DNA of 62,658 nt from Gammaproteobacteria bacterium (GTDB lineage Bacteria > Pseudomonadota > Gammaproteobacteria > UBA4575), in NCBI GenBank assembly GCA_041576975.1, contig JBFGJY010000005.1:1-62658 (forward strand). The letters run 5' to 3'. The notes under the pieces are model-generated. The model did no database searches. It was not told the origin of the DNA and was given only the letters and a program-made list of their open reading frames with translations. Positions within the stretch are counted from its first letter, which is position 1. Each line of letters starts with the position of its first letter. Below are positions 1-11,617 of the stretch, piece after piece. The position numbers were made by a program, and so were the translations under genes.

Positions 1-393
1 CAAACCCATATCCTCATCCAGCCGATGTGCAACCTGTTCTTCTGCTGCATACCAGTCTGTCTCTGCATCACCATTTATAAAATTGCGTTTTTCTGCAAGT
101 TGATAGGCCGTTTCGCGGATCCACTGCTCACGCTCTTCTGTGCTCACATGACGCCCGAGAATCTTAGTCCGTGTGGCCTCGGTAATGCCTTTGACCTCAA
201 TGACACCCGTTCGCACATCGTGTATAAAAGCACGTAAGTATGGTCGTGCAGTTTCGCCAAATCGATCAAGAGTAAATTCGCTAAATTCTTTAATACCATG
301 GCCGGCAGCAACCACATGTTCGAGTGCTGATTTCAAATACTTTTCCAACTCTCTATTTTTTTCTGAGTGCTTATCAGTATCAGTCTGTTTCAT
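1..393 (-). CDS. DUF2934-domain protein (3' end runs off the window)
   Basis: Not in ORF track; hand translation from ATG at 393 is open to base 1 (MKQTDTDKH...EEREQWIRETAYQLAEKRNFINGDAETDWYAAEEQV), matching the DUF2934 pattern I..AY..AE.R....G....DW..AE; AAGG upstream. Confidence 0.7.
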   Translation of the reverse strand, partial: MKQTDTDKHSEKNRELEKYLKSALEHVVAAGHGIKEFSEFTLDRFGETARPYLRAFIHDVRTGVIEVKGITEATRTKILGRHVSTEEREQWIRETAYQLAEKRNFINGDAETDWYAAEEQVAHRLDEDMGL

Positions 394-517
394 AATTCAA
401 CCTTTATCACTGAATTTTATAATATGAAATAAACTATCAGAGTAGGTAAAACAGTATTTGATTTACGTCAGTCTCACTAATATTAGTGAATAGTTTTTGC
501 TATTCTTCAATTGCCTA

Positions 518-546
518 AGTGTCCACTTTTGCCGCAAGCAGACACT
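518..546. repeat. Palindromic cassette-boundary site R1
   Basis: AGTGTCCACTT-TTGCCGC-AAGCAGACACT; 11-bp imperfect inverted arms. Confidence 0.75.
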
Positions 547-573
547 CAGCCCTGTAAGCATATGACTAGAAGC

Positions 574-601
574 AAACATGGTTAGAATAACAACCATGTT
601 T
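574..601. promoter_or_regulatory. Perfect inverted repeat, probable operator of the ICMT-family gene
   Basis: AAACATGGTT-AGAATAAC-AACCATGTTT overlapping a TAGAAT -10-like hexamer, ~30 bp before the ATG at 630. Confidence 0.5.
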
Positions 602-629
602 ATTAATAGCTCAGACCATTAATGGGCCG

Positions 630-1328
630 ATGAGTACCCAGGATATAAAATCTACAATTCGATTACTCATCGCATTCATAGCGGGCCTTGGACTCTTCAC
701 TGCAATTATCTTCTGGCCTGCAGGAAGAATTGACTGGGTAGAAGGGTGGCTTTACTTGGTAATTATCACTGCGTATCTAATGATCAGTACTTTTTACCTC
801 AAGCGTGTGAATCCAACGCTTATCGAACATAGACTACAAGTACGGTTTGGTGAAGGTACGAAACGCTGGGATAAGATATGGTCTGTAACCTTCGCCCCAT
901 TATTTTTTGCAATCTATGTGATCGCAGGGTTTGATGCAGTCCGTTTTGAATGGTCAAACATGTCACCCTGGTTATGGCCACTGGGGTTTGTTCTTTTCAT
1001 ACCGAGTTTGGCACTAATCACTTGGTCCATGGGGGTCAACCCCTTTTTTGAGAGGACAGTGCGAATACAAACTGAGCGAGGACATCATGTGATTGATAAC
1101 GGCCCGTATAGGTTTGTTCGCCACCCCGGGTACTTGGGGTTCTTTGGCTGGAGCCTAACCACTCCTCTACTGCTGGGTTCGTGGTGGGCTTTTCTTCCCG
1201 CCTTGCTGTCAATTATTGGAATTATGATTCGAACAGCTTTGGAAGATCGGACACTTCGTGAAGAACTGACTAGATACGAAGAATATACAAGCCGAGTTCA
1301 TTTCAGGCTGATCCCTGGTATTTGGTAA
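630..1328 (+). CDS. Isoprenylcysteine carboxyl methyltransferase (ICMT/PEMT) family membrane protein
   Basis: Multiple TM helices; NPFF..TVRIQ.ERGH.VI..GPYRFVRHPGY and EDRTL..EL..Y.EY..RV..RLIPGIW motifs. Confidence 0.85.
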   Translation: MSTQDIKSTIRLLIAFIAGLGLFTAIIFWPAGRIDWVEGWLYLVIITAYLMISTFYLKRVNPTLIEHRLQVRFGEGTKRWDKIWSVTFAPLFFAIYVIAGFDAVRFEWSNMSPWLWPLGFVLFIPSLALITWSMGVNPFFERTVRIQTERGHHVIDNGPYRFVRHPGYLGFFGWSLTTPLLLGSWWAFLPALLSIIGIMIRTALEDRTLREELTRYEEYTSRVHFRLIPGIW

Positions 1329-1445
1329 CAGCAACGAGAAATTGATGTATCAAACATTGCGAAATCATAAGAACCTGTTTATTAATATTTAGTCAATGCT
1401 AAACCATGCGCTTAAACAAGATGCAATCAATTAACTCATACATAC

Positions 1446-1474
1446 AATGACCATTCTGGCCGTAAGCAGACATT
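1446..1474. repeat. Palindromic cassette-boundary site R2
   Basis: AATGACCATTC-TGGCCGT-AAGCAGACATT. Confidence 0.75.
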
Positions 1475-1588
1475 GCATTTAATAATTGGAGTTTAAAAAA
1501 AATTTAATATAAAAACTTTGGAGGAGACCTATAATCGATCAATAAACAGACGACAACCGGATCTGGTGGGGCTGTTTACAATTTATGC

Positions 1589-1699
1589 TTATATGCATTT
1601 GAACGTGAAGTAAAAGAAAGTCAGGCTGGTATATGGAAGTTACCAGACAAGGAAAGAGTAAAGCCGTGGGAATAGAGGAAAGAGAAAAGAGGTGGATGA
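1589..1699 (+). pseudogene. Thermonuclease (SNase-like) C-terminal remnant
   Basis: LYAFEREVKESQAGIWKLPDKERVKPWE*RKEKRGG resembles the SNase tail E..AR....GLW.....PWEWR, with an in-frame TAG at 1673-1675; no intact 5' part. Confidence 0.4.
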
Positions 1700-1756
1700 G
1701 ATTCTTGACAAAGAAAAATAAAAAAAGCTGGAAACAAGTAATAAGTATTATATATT

Positions 1757-1885
1757 TCAGTCAATTACTCCTATTGCTGTAAGTACAATTCCAATGATCC
1801 CTACTAGCACTGTAATCGCTAACACTACCCAAACTATTTTAATTAGGGGATGTTGACCTTTATCTTCTCTCTCATCTTCACTCAT
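1757..1885 (-). CDS. Small single-TM protein (42 aa)
   Basis: MSEDEREDKGQHPLIKIVWVVLAITVLVGIIGIVLTAIGVID with AAGGA RBS; below the ORF-track cutoff. Confidence 0.5.
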   Translation of the reverse strand: MSEDEREDKGQHPLIKIVWVVLAITVLVGIIGIVLTAIGVID

Positions 1886-1930
1886 TGTAATTTCCTTTGC
1901 TTTATACTCCCTTCGATGAATACTTATCTA

Positions 1931-2359
1931 TTACCACTCGCTAAGTACAGCAGTAGGGTTTTTCATTTTACTCTTGCAAGGCTCAAGATGTTTGCTCATT
2001 AAAATAGATGAGTTGCTATAATCTCCTTCGATTTCTTTGTCCATATCATCTAGTTCCAGTTTAAATTTCTCGAGTGTAACTTTTTCTGCCATCTCTTCAG
2101 TACGTGTTTCTTCGGCATAAACTAATGCATATCGTAATGCATGTTCTTTAAGATCATTCATTTTAATAGCGTGCTCAGCAGCATCTGGGCCTTCGGTTCT
2201 TTTTGCAGCTTCACCAAGTACAGCATAAAAGCTGGCGCAGGTAACAAATTCATTAGATGCATTATTAAATGCCTTTCCCATTGCACTATCCGGATCAATA
2301 TCTCCTGCATAGGTATAAAAAGGGCACAAAAATATAGTTATTTGAAATAATTTTTTCAT
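1931..2359 (-). CDS. Hypothetical exported protein
   Basis: Signal peptide; two Cys in the mature helical domain. Confidence 0.6.
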   Translation of the reverse strand: MKKLFQITIFLCPFYTYAGDIDPDSAMGKAFNNASNEFVTCASFYAVLGEAAKRTEGPDAAEHAIKMNDLKEHALRYALVYAEETRTEEMAEKVTLEKFKLELDDMDKEIEGDYSNSSILMSKHLEPCKSKMKNPTAVLSEW

Positions 2360-2497
2360 GGCTTCAACAAAAGCGTATACCCAGAAATATGCAGAAGAGA
2401 TTGTTTTAGATCAATAAATTATTAGTTGCATGCAATATTCTTGAATGACTCTAGGAAATTCTTCGCTATTAGCTAGTATAATTCAGGTGTGATAAGA

Positions 2498-2848
2498 ATG
2501 AATAAACTCCTACTTTTCATTTTACTATTTTATATTGGTGTTATCCACGCTGAATCGAGCGGAAGAACCGGAAACGACCTACTGCAAGAATGCCTTGAAT
2601 GGAAAAAAATGTATGAGCATGGCACATCTAACCCAAATGTTGCCTATCAAGCAGGTGAGTGTGTTGCCTACATACAAGGCATTGCTGACTCTTTATATGT
2701 TCAAAAAAGATATTGCCCTGGCAGATCAATATATACACAAAGAACAAGGGCTGTTATTGAGTATTTAGAAAACAATCCAGCAGCACTTGATGAGGATAAA
2801 ATGCAGCTAACAATAACTGCGCTAGTTTCAGCTTTTCCCTGCAAATGA
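2498..2848 (+). CDS. Rap1a/Tai-family immunity-like protein
   Basis: Signal peptide, TGNDLL..C, C.AYIQGI.D, YCP, V.EYL.NNP, AL..AFPC pattern. Confidence 0.75.
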   Translation: MNKLLLFILLFYIGVIHAESSGRTGNDLLQECLEWKKMYEHGTSNPNVAYQAGECVAYIQGIADSLYVQKRYCPGRSIYTQRTRAVIEYLENNPAALDEDKMQLTITALVSAFPCK

Positions 2849-2907
2849 AAAAAACTTATAACATTAATTTTAATTTTAATTGTAATGCCGTATTTTAATA
2901 CAATCTA

Positions 2908-3171
2908 ATGCGCATTATTCAATCCTTTGAAGATTTAGATTTATTAGAACAACTGCAACCGCTTTGCACAGACTGCGGCCACCGTGGCAACGTGGTCGAT
3001 GAACAGTACCTCACACAAAATAAATTACTAATCACAGATATATTGCATAACCTCAAATGCAATCAATGCGGCAGTAAGGATGTAACGTTAAAACTATTGT
3101 CTAATGCTGCGATGCCACAATTAGACAAATCAAATGTTGCGTTTTTTTCGGATAATTTGAGGACGTTATGA
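2908..3171 (+). CDS. Small Zn-ribbon hypothetical protein
   Basis: CTDC...CNQCG Cys pairs; stop codon abuts R3. Confidence 0.5.
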   Translation: MRIIQSFEDLDLLEQLQPLCTDCGHRGNVVDEQYLTQNKLLITDILHNLKCNQCGSKDVTLKLLSNAAMPQLDKSNVAFFSDNLRTL

Positions 3172-3200
3172 ATGCTCGCTATCGACCCAAAGCGCATATT
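3171..3200. repeat. Palindromic cassette-boundary site R3
   Basis: AATGCTCGCTA-TCGACCCA-AAGCGCATATT. Confidence 0.75.
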
Positions 3201-3234
3201 AACTAGAACACAATATTAAGTAAGTTTGAAAAGT

Positions 3235-3687
3235 ATGAAATGGTTGAGTTTAATAGTCTGCATAGCACTATGTCTATGTGCAGGATATATTGGGTCCTTG
3301 TTTAGTCCCGGAGATTGGTACCAAACTCTCGCAAAATCTTCCTTAACTCCTCCAAATATTGTATTTCCTATTGTCTGGAATATTCTATTCATTCTCATGG
3401 GTTTGGCCGCATGGCGTATTTGGAATAGGCATTTACAAGGTAAAAACTTTGCATTATTACTGTTTATCATACAGCTAGGTTTAAATATTCTATGGTCATT
3501 TTTGTTTTTTGGACTACAAAGACCGGATTTAGCTCTTATTGAAATCGTTGTTCTTTGGACTGCAATTTTAGCTACTGTAATCGCTTTTTTTAAGATAGAC
3601 AAATTAGCAGGGGTACTATTATTGCCTTATATAGGTTGGGTTAGCTTTGCAATATACCTTAATTATTCTATTTATAATTTGAATTAG
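3235..3687 (+). CDS. tspO: TspO/MBR tryptophan-rich sensory protein
   Basis: WY..L.K....PPN.VF..VW..L, QL.LN..WS.LFFG, LLPY..WV.FA.YLN. Confidence 0.92.
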   Translation: MKWLSLIVCIALCLCAGYIGSLFSPGDWYQTLAKSSLTPPNIVFPIVWNILFILMGLAAWRIWNRHLQGKNFALLLFIIQLGLNILWSFLFFGLQRPDLALIEIVVLWTAILATVIAFFKIDKLAGVLLLPYIGWVSFAIYLNYSIYNLN

Positions 3688-3720
3688 TATTAATACCTCA
3701 GGTTAACTTAAGAAATCATA

Positions 3721-3750
3721 AATGACCGCTAACGACCCAAAGCGAAAATG
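3721..3750. repeat. Palindromic cassette-boundary site R4
   Basis: AATGACCGCTA-ACGACCCA-AAGCGAAAATG. Confidence 0.75.
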
Positions 3751-3809
3751 CAAATATAAACATCAATTTTTAGCATGTATAATTTTATAGATTCTTAGAA
3801 AATACAATT

Positions 3810-4442
3810 ATGTCTAACCCTAAAAAATTGCCAGACCACAGCATTGAGGCATCTGGTCTTAAATCTGAAGTTGACTCAAACCAGTGTGAAAAATTAAAAA
3901 AACAATATGGGTTTAATGTAGACTTTAATCTTTTTGGTTATTTGCTCGATGCAGTATTATGGTACAAGTCGCACAAAGACATACAAGCTAAAAGATCAGT
4001 TACAGAACAAATCACTTTATTGGATGAGCTTGGTGAACGATCTAATTCGCTTCTTGAATGTTTTGATAAATTAGGATATGAGGAAAGAGGTAAAATTATA
4101 GATAGATTTGGTACACATCTAGATTTAGAAGATATACGATATAAGCTAAACGCGCTCTCTATGCACTCGCCAATAATAGCTAAAGAGCTTAAAGAAAATG
4201 TATCTAAAGATAGTAAAGAAAATAACCCACTTAAAAATTTTTTATCACGTTTAGCGATAATCTATGAACTTGGAACAAAGTGTAAGCCAAAATGTCATTA
4301 TGATGATGCAAATACTAAATACTCTGGTGATTTTTTAGAATTTACTTCTGAAGTATTAAATGAAATTAATGAAGTGCATTCAAATAGTGCAATTGGACAA
4401 GTTATTATTGAAGTCTTAAAGATCCATAAAGTAAGTAAGTAG
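3810..4442 (+). CDS. Hypothetical protein (island/phage-like)
   Basis: 210-aa AT-rich ORF next to the tRNA 3' end; no recognised motif. Confidence 0.55.
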   Translation: MSNPKKLPDHSIEASGLKSEVDSNQCEKLKKQYGFNVDFNLFGYLLDAVLWYKSHKDIQAKRSVTEQITLLDELGERSNSLLECFDKLGYEERGKIIDRFGTHLDLEDIRYKLNALSMHSPIIAKELKENVSKDSKENNPLKNFLSRLAIIYELGTKCKPKCHYDDANTKYSGDFLEFTSEVLNEINEVHSNSAIGQVIIEVLKIHKVSK

Positions 4443-4643
4443 ACTTTAACAATGTCAAATTTCCCCTACATCAAATTCTTTTCTTTTAAAGCTAAAATTG
4501 TCAACGCTCCAAACCCTCTACAACCCACTCCCTCTCATGCTTAAATATCTTTGTTGTATCCTCTAGAGAAATTGCGCACGCACGTAGGATTTAATTACAA
4601 GTAATTAGAATTAGTCGAAAGTCATATAACTTGTTGATATAAC

Positions 4644-4720
4644 TGGTCGGAGTGAGAGGATTTGAACCTCCGACCCCTGCCTCCCGAAGACAGTGCTCTA
4701 CCAAGCTGAGCTACACTCCG
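4644..4720 (-). tRNA. tRNA-Pro(CGG)
   Basis: CGGAGTGTAGCTCAGCTTGGTAGAGCACTGTCTTCGGGAGGCAGGGGTCGGAGGTTCAAATCCTCTCACTCCGACCA; cloverleaf, anticodon CGG, encoded CCA. Confidence 0.97.
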
Positions 4721-4737
4721 ATTAATGAGTTACTTAT

Positions 4738-5706
4738 TTATGAGATCCGGGAAATTGCAAACTCTGTTAATTCTATCAGTGCGTCACGATACTGATTATT
4801 GGGCAATTTTTCGATATGTTGCTTCGCAATTTGTGCTTGTTTGCTTGCTGCATTTTCAGTGTATGTTATAGCCCCAGTTGATTCAATTGCAGCCATAATC
4901 TCATCCATATGTCGTTTGCCACCATTGATAATTGCATCACGTATTACTTCCGCCGTTGCGCCATTGCTGTTCTTCAATGCGTAGATTAATGGCAAAGTAG
5001 GTTTGCCTTCTGCCAAATCATCACCTATGTTTTTACCCGTTTCCTCTGGAGAAGACAGGTAATCTAAAACGTCATCCTTAAGTTGAAATGCAGTACCAAT
5101 ATGTATTCCATAGCCAGCGCATGCGCTTTCGATTTCTTGTGATTGTTTAGCAAGCACAGCGCCAAGCTGACATGCGGCTTCGAATAGTTTCGCAGTTTTT
5201 GATTTAATCACGGTCATGTAGCGATCTTCCGTAGTATCGGGGTCGTTACAATTTAATAATTGCATCACTTCACCTTCGGCAATGGTATTTGAGGCACGTG
5301 CCAAAATTTCCATTACACGCATCTCACCCACATCTACCATCATTTCAAAAGAACGCGAAAACACAAAGTCCCCGACAAGTACGCTGGACTCGTTGCCCCA
5401 AATCGAATTTGCCGTCTCATGTCCACGCCGCAAATTGGAATCATCCACTACATCATCATGCAGTAATGTCGCGGTGTGTATAAATTCGATAATGGCAGCA
5501 ACCAGTGAATGCTTGTCGCCCGTATATCCACAAGCCTTAGAGCACAATAAGGCCAGTAGGGGGCGTAACCGCTTGCCTCCACTGTCAATTATATAATTGG
5601 CCATTTGACTAATCAGGGTGACATCGGAATGCAAGTATTGTCGGATAACGGCATTGACACCCTCCATGTCTTTAGCTGCCAAATTTTGTACGTCCTTGAA
5701 ATTCAT
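4738..5706 (-). CDS. ispB: Octaprenyl-diphosphate synthase
   Basis: GGKRLRP, HDDVVD and DDVLD motifs; divergent from rplU. Confidence 0.95.
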   Translation of the reverse strand: MNFKDVQNLAAKDMEGVNAVIRQYLHSDVTLISQMANYIIDSGGKRLRPLLALLCSKACGYTGDKHSLVAAIIEFIHTATLLHDDVVDDSNLRRGHETANSIWGNESSVLVGDFVFSRSFEMMVDVGEMRVMEILARASNTIAEGEVMQLLNCNDPDTTEDRYMTVIKSKTAKLFEAACQLGAVLAKQSQEIESACAGYGIHIGTAFQLKDDVLDYLSSPEETGKNIGDDLAEGKPTLPLIYALKNSNGATAEVIRDAIINGGKRHMDEIMAAIESTGAITYTENAASKQAQIAKQHIEKLPNNQYRDALIELTEFAISRIS

Positions 5707-5850
5707 GCTGACCAATATTACCTTCTTATACCTCACGTTAAGCCCTAATTTTAATGGGGTCGTTCCTTTTCAGGGTTAATTTGATTGACCCATTTGAGCC
5801 TGCTCGTTAGAATTGCGCACCCTTTTCAGCCCACATTATGGAGTTATCAG

Positions 5851-6162
5851 GTGTACGCAGTTATCGCCACCGGCGGCAAACAATACCGAGTCCAACAAGG
5901 AGACCAGATCAAAGTCGAGAAGCTCGCAGGGAATCCTGGCGATAAAATCGAGTTTGATCAAGTTTTATTACTCGCAGATGGCGAAGACGTATCTATTGGT
6001 ACTCCTTACATTAAAGGTGGCAAGGTGACGGGAGAAGTACAAGAGCATGCTCGGGCCAAGAAAATTGATATCCTAAAATTTAAACGCCGCAAGCAGCACA
6101 TAAAACACATGGGACACAGGCAACACTATACGCACGTCAAGATCACTAATATTTCTAAATAA
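5851..6162 (+). CDS. rplU: 50S ribosomal protein L21 (GTG start)
   Basis: YAVIATGGKQYRV...GHRQHYT. Confidence 0.97.
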   Translation: MYAVIATGGKQYRVQQGDQIKVEKLAGNPGDKIEFDQVLLLADGEDVSIGTPYIKGGKVTGEVQEHARAKKIDILKFKRRKQHIKHMGHRQHYTHVKITNISK

Positions 6163-6171
6163 GGTTTAGCT

Positions 6172-6432
6172 ATGGCACATAAAAAAGCAGGTGGTAGTAC
6201 ACGTAATGGCCGTGATTCCGAGTCTAAACGCCTTGGTGTAAAGCGCTTTGGTGGCGAACAAGTGCGCGCAGGGAATATTATCGTGCGCCAACGTGGCACA
6301 CAATTTCATCCTGGTGAAAATGTGGGTTGTGGTAAAGACCATACCTTGTTTGCAAAATCTGATGGTCGTGTAGTATTTGAAACTAAAGGTCCCAAGAGTA
6401 GAAAATTCGTGCGCATTGATGCGGTGCAATAG
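6172..6432 (+). CDS. rpmA: 50S ribosomal protein L27
   Basis: [24 protein letters not shown]. Confidence 0.99.
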   Translation: MAHKKAGGSTRNGRDSESKRLGVKRFGGEQVRAGNIIVRQRGTQFHPGENVGCGKDHTLFAKSDGRVVFETKGPKSRKFVRIDAVQ

Positions 6433-6442
6433 GCGTATCTAA

Positions 6443-8633
<2,191 letters not shown>

Positions 8634-8674
8634 AATCTGATTTTTTAAAGTAGTGGCAATTGAACTGCCTTGAA

Positions 8675-8935
8675 TTACATCACTTTAATGCGCGCATTAA
8701 GACGACTTTTATGTCGTGCAGCTTTATTGGCATGGATAAGCTTCTTATTAACCGCCCCATCGATAACGGGCACTGCAGATTTATAGGCGGCCTCGGCTGC
8801 GCTTTTATTACCGGCATTGATGAAATTAACTACGGCTTTAATTTTTGTGCGCAGATTGGAACGTAGGCTAGCATTGTGCAAACGGTTGTTTACTGCTTGC
8901 CGGGCTCGTTTTCTTGCTGATGCAATATTGGCCAA
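8675..8935 (-). CDS. rpsT: 30S ribosomal protein S20
   Basis: [12 protein letters not shown]...[12 protein letters not shown]; TTG start. Confidence 0.97.
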   Translation of the reverse strand: MANIASARKRARQAVNNRLHNASLRSNLRTKIKAVVNFINAGNKSAAEAAYKSAVPVIDGAVNKKLIHANKAARHKSRLNARIKVM

Positions 8936-9049
8936 TGTTTTTTCCTATTCTTCTAGAGTTCTACCGTTGGGGTCGCGTACTATGGTAGTAAGATAAATAA
9001 ATGTCAACCTTCTCAACCTCTAACTATCCCTACCTTTCTAAGAGTAACA

Positions 9050-10612
9050 ATGGCTGAACATCGAGCCTTATTTAAATCTACGGCTGTAATCAGTGGAATG
9101 ACCTTTATTTCAAGGATATTTGGTTATGTTCGAGACGCAGTAATTTTCATTTTTTTAGGGGCAACCGGCAGTACCGATGCCTTTTTTGTGGCATTTCGAA
9201 TTCCCAATTTCCTGCGTCGTTTATTTGCGGAAGGGGCCTTCTCACAGGCCTTTGTACCGGTTTTATCTGAATATAAGGAAAAAAATTCGCAGACGGAATT
9301 AAAAGTGTTGATCAATCATGTTGCCGGAACTCTTGGCTTAATCCTGCTTTTGATCAGTATTCTGGGCGTTATCCTGGCACCTATACTTATATATATATTC
9401 GCACCAGGGTTTATAAACGACAGCGTGCGCTTTGATCTGGCCACACAAATGCTACGCATCACCTTTCCTTATATACTGTTTATATCGCTAACTGCATTAT
9501 CGGCAAGTATTTTAAACACCTTTAATCGATTTGCAGTTCCAGCTTTTACTCCTACATTGCTGAATCTATCACTGATTGTGGCGACCCTCTGGCTAGCGCC
9601 CAAACTTGATCAGCCGGTTGTCGCGCTAGCATGGGGTGTATTTATTGCCGGAGTGGCGCAGCTTGTATTTCAAATACCATTTTTATATCGGCTAGGAATG
9701 TTACCGAAGTTTTCGTTGAATGGTGCTGCAGATGGAGTAAGAAAAATCATACGCCTCATGCTGCCGGCCATTTTTGGTTCTTCAGTCGTGCAAATTAATT
9801 TGTTAATTAACACAATCATTGCATCATTTTTAGCAGTAGGCAGTATTAGCTGGTTATATATCTCAGACCGTTTTGTTGAACTGCCTCTAGCCATTTTCGG
9901 TGTCGCAACTGCCACAATTATTTTGCCAAGATTGTCTAAACAATATGTAAACCAGTCAGAAACAGGTTTTAATCAAACACTTGATTGGGCTTTACGAATT
10001 TCAATATTAATTGCCATGCCTGCAACGCTTGGCTTAATCTTACTTGCAAAACCTATCTTGGCATCATTAGTGCAGTATCGAGAATTTACTGCCACCGATA
10101 CTTCCATGGCAGCACTTAGCTTGATGACGTATGCGCTAGGTCTACCAGCTTTTATATTAATTAAAGTGTTAGCACCAGGCTTTTATTCTCGTCAAGACAC
10201 TAAAACACCGGTAAAAATAGGGGTCATTGCCGTGTTTTGTAACATCGTATTGAACCTTGGTTTTGTATGGGTATGGACACACTGGCAACTTACGGGGCCA
10301 CATGCAGCACTTGCATTAGCAACCTCATTATCTGCGTATATCAATGCGGCTTTATTGTTCAAAAAACTTAAAAGCTCTACCTCAATCTCTTTACAGATAG
10401 GTTGGTCGAAATACCTAACACAAATCCTTATATGCACATTAATTATGGTTGTAGTGCTGTTATTGCTTCTGCCCAATTTTAATCAATGGCTACTTTGGAA
10501 TGGGTTTGAACGTATCGCTGCGCTCTTGGGCTTTATGCTATTAGGCACTGTGCTGTATATTGGCGCGCTAGCTTTACTTGGCGTACGTAGAGAAAATTTC
10601 ATACTTCAATAA
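9050..10612 (+). CDS. murJ: Lipid II flippase MurJ (MviN)
   Basis: SRIFGYVRD, FRIPNFLRRLFAEGAFSQAF. Confidence 0.97.
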   Translation: MAEHRALFKSTAVISGMTFISRIFGYVRDAVIFIFLGATGSTDAFFVAFRIPNFLRRLFAEGAFSQAFVPVLSEYKEKNSQTELKVLINHVAGTLGLILLLISILGVILAPILIYIFAPGFINDSVRFDLATQMLRITFPYILFISLTALSASILNTFNRFAVPAFTPTLLNLSLIVATLWLAPKLDQPVVALAWGVFIAGVAQLVFQIPFLYRLGMLPKFSLNGAADGVRKIIRLMLPAIFGSSVVQINLLINTIIASFLAVGSISWLYISDRFVELPLAIFGVATATIILPRLSKQYVNQSETGFNQTLDWALRISILIAMPATLGLILLAKPILASLVQYREFTATDTSMAALSLMTYALGLPAFILIKVLAPGFYSRQDTKTPVKIGVIAVFCNIVLNLGFVWVWTHWQLTGPHAALALATSLSAYINAALLFKKLKSSTSISLQIGWSKYLTQILICTLIMVVVLLLLLPNFNQWLLWNGFERIAALLGFMLLGTVLYIGALALLGVRRENFILQ

Positions 10613-10675
10613 CATCTAAACTTTGTAGTCAAAATTAATTATTAGTTTTCAATTTAAATATTGCCATCTGTTCGC

Positions 10676-11608
10676 ATGCAATTAATTAGAGGTTTAAATA
10701 CAAAGATGTCTGGCGCACAACAGGTTGTTGCCACCATTGGAAATTTTGATGGAGTGCATCTAGGACACCAGGCTATTTTGAAAGAACTACTTAAAAAAAG
10801 TAGGGAGCTCCGGCTACCCTCATTAGTAATTGCCTTTGAACCTACTGCAAGAGAATTTTTTCATAAAGACCAAGCACCGGCAAGGTTAACAAATTTTAGA
10901 GAAAAATATTCTCTAATTAAAAACATAGGTGTTGATCATTTTGTTTGCTTACCATTCAATCAAGCTTTAGCAAACATGACCGCGGAATATTTTGTAGAAA
11001 AAGTTCTGGTTGATGATTTGCATATCAAACACCTTACAGTTGGTGATAATTTTCGCTTTGGCAAAGATCGCAAGGGTGACTATGTGCTATTAAAAAATAT
11101 GGCAGAACAATTAAATTTTGAAGTCGAAAATACTGATAGTTACCTTATAAATGGAGAACGAGTTAGCAGCTCTGCAATACGCGGATATCTAGAAAATGGT
11201 GATTTAGAAATAGCAGAGCATTTATTAGGCCGCGCATATAGTATGTCGGGCCGCGTGATACATGGAGATAAAAATGGGCGCACCATTGGCTTTCCTACTG
11301 CAAATATTCCTGTTAAGCGCATTAAATCGCCATTAAATGGAGTATATGCTGTAAAAATAATTATTGAGAACGGTATAGAAAATTTGGGAGTTGCAAATAT
11401 TGGACATCGCCCAACCGTGGATGGCACACGCACACAATTAGAAGTTCATTTATTTGATTTTTCACAAGATATTTATAGCAAACATCTTACGGTTTTATTT
11501 TGCAAAAAATTACGTGATGAAAAAAAGTTTGAGTCATTTGATGCGTTAAAAAAACAAATTAAAAAAGATGCTCAAAACGCAAAAAATTATTTTAATGTCA
11601 CAGCATGA
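10676..11608 (+). CDS. ribF: Riboflavin kinase/FAD synthetase
   Basis: GNFDGVHLGH, GRTIGFPTAN. Confidence 0.97.
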   Translation: MQLIRGLNTKMSGAQQVVATIGNFDGVHLGHQAILKELLKKSRELRLPSLVIAFEPTAREFFHKDQAPARLTNFREKYSLIKNIGVDHFVCLPFNQALANMTAEYFVEKVLVDDLHIKHLTVGDNFRFGKDRKGDYVLLKNMAEQLNFEVENTDSYLINGERVSSSAIRGYLENGDLEIAEHLLGRAYSMSGRVIHGDKNGRTIGFPTANIPVKRIKSPLNGVYAVKIIIENGIENLGVANIGHRPTVDGTRTQLEVHLFDFSQDIYSKHLTVLFCKKLRDEKKFESFDALKKQIKKDAQNAKNYFNVTA

Positions 11609-11617
11609 CCTAGCATC

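Noticed and set aside
25-427. Plus-strand ORFs of 70 and 84 aa
   Set aside because: Shadows of the minus-strand DUF2934 gene.
518-3750. R-sites as a CRISPR array or integron attC sites
   Set aside because: Intervening DNA is 0.5-1.7 kb, the repeats are degenerate, no cas or intI gene is present, and there are no RYYYAAC/GTTRRRY ends.
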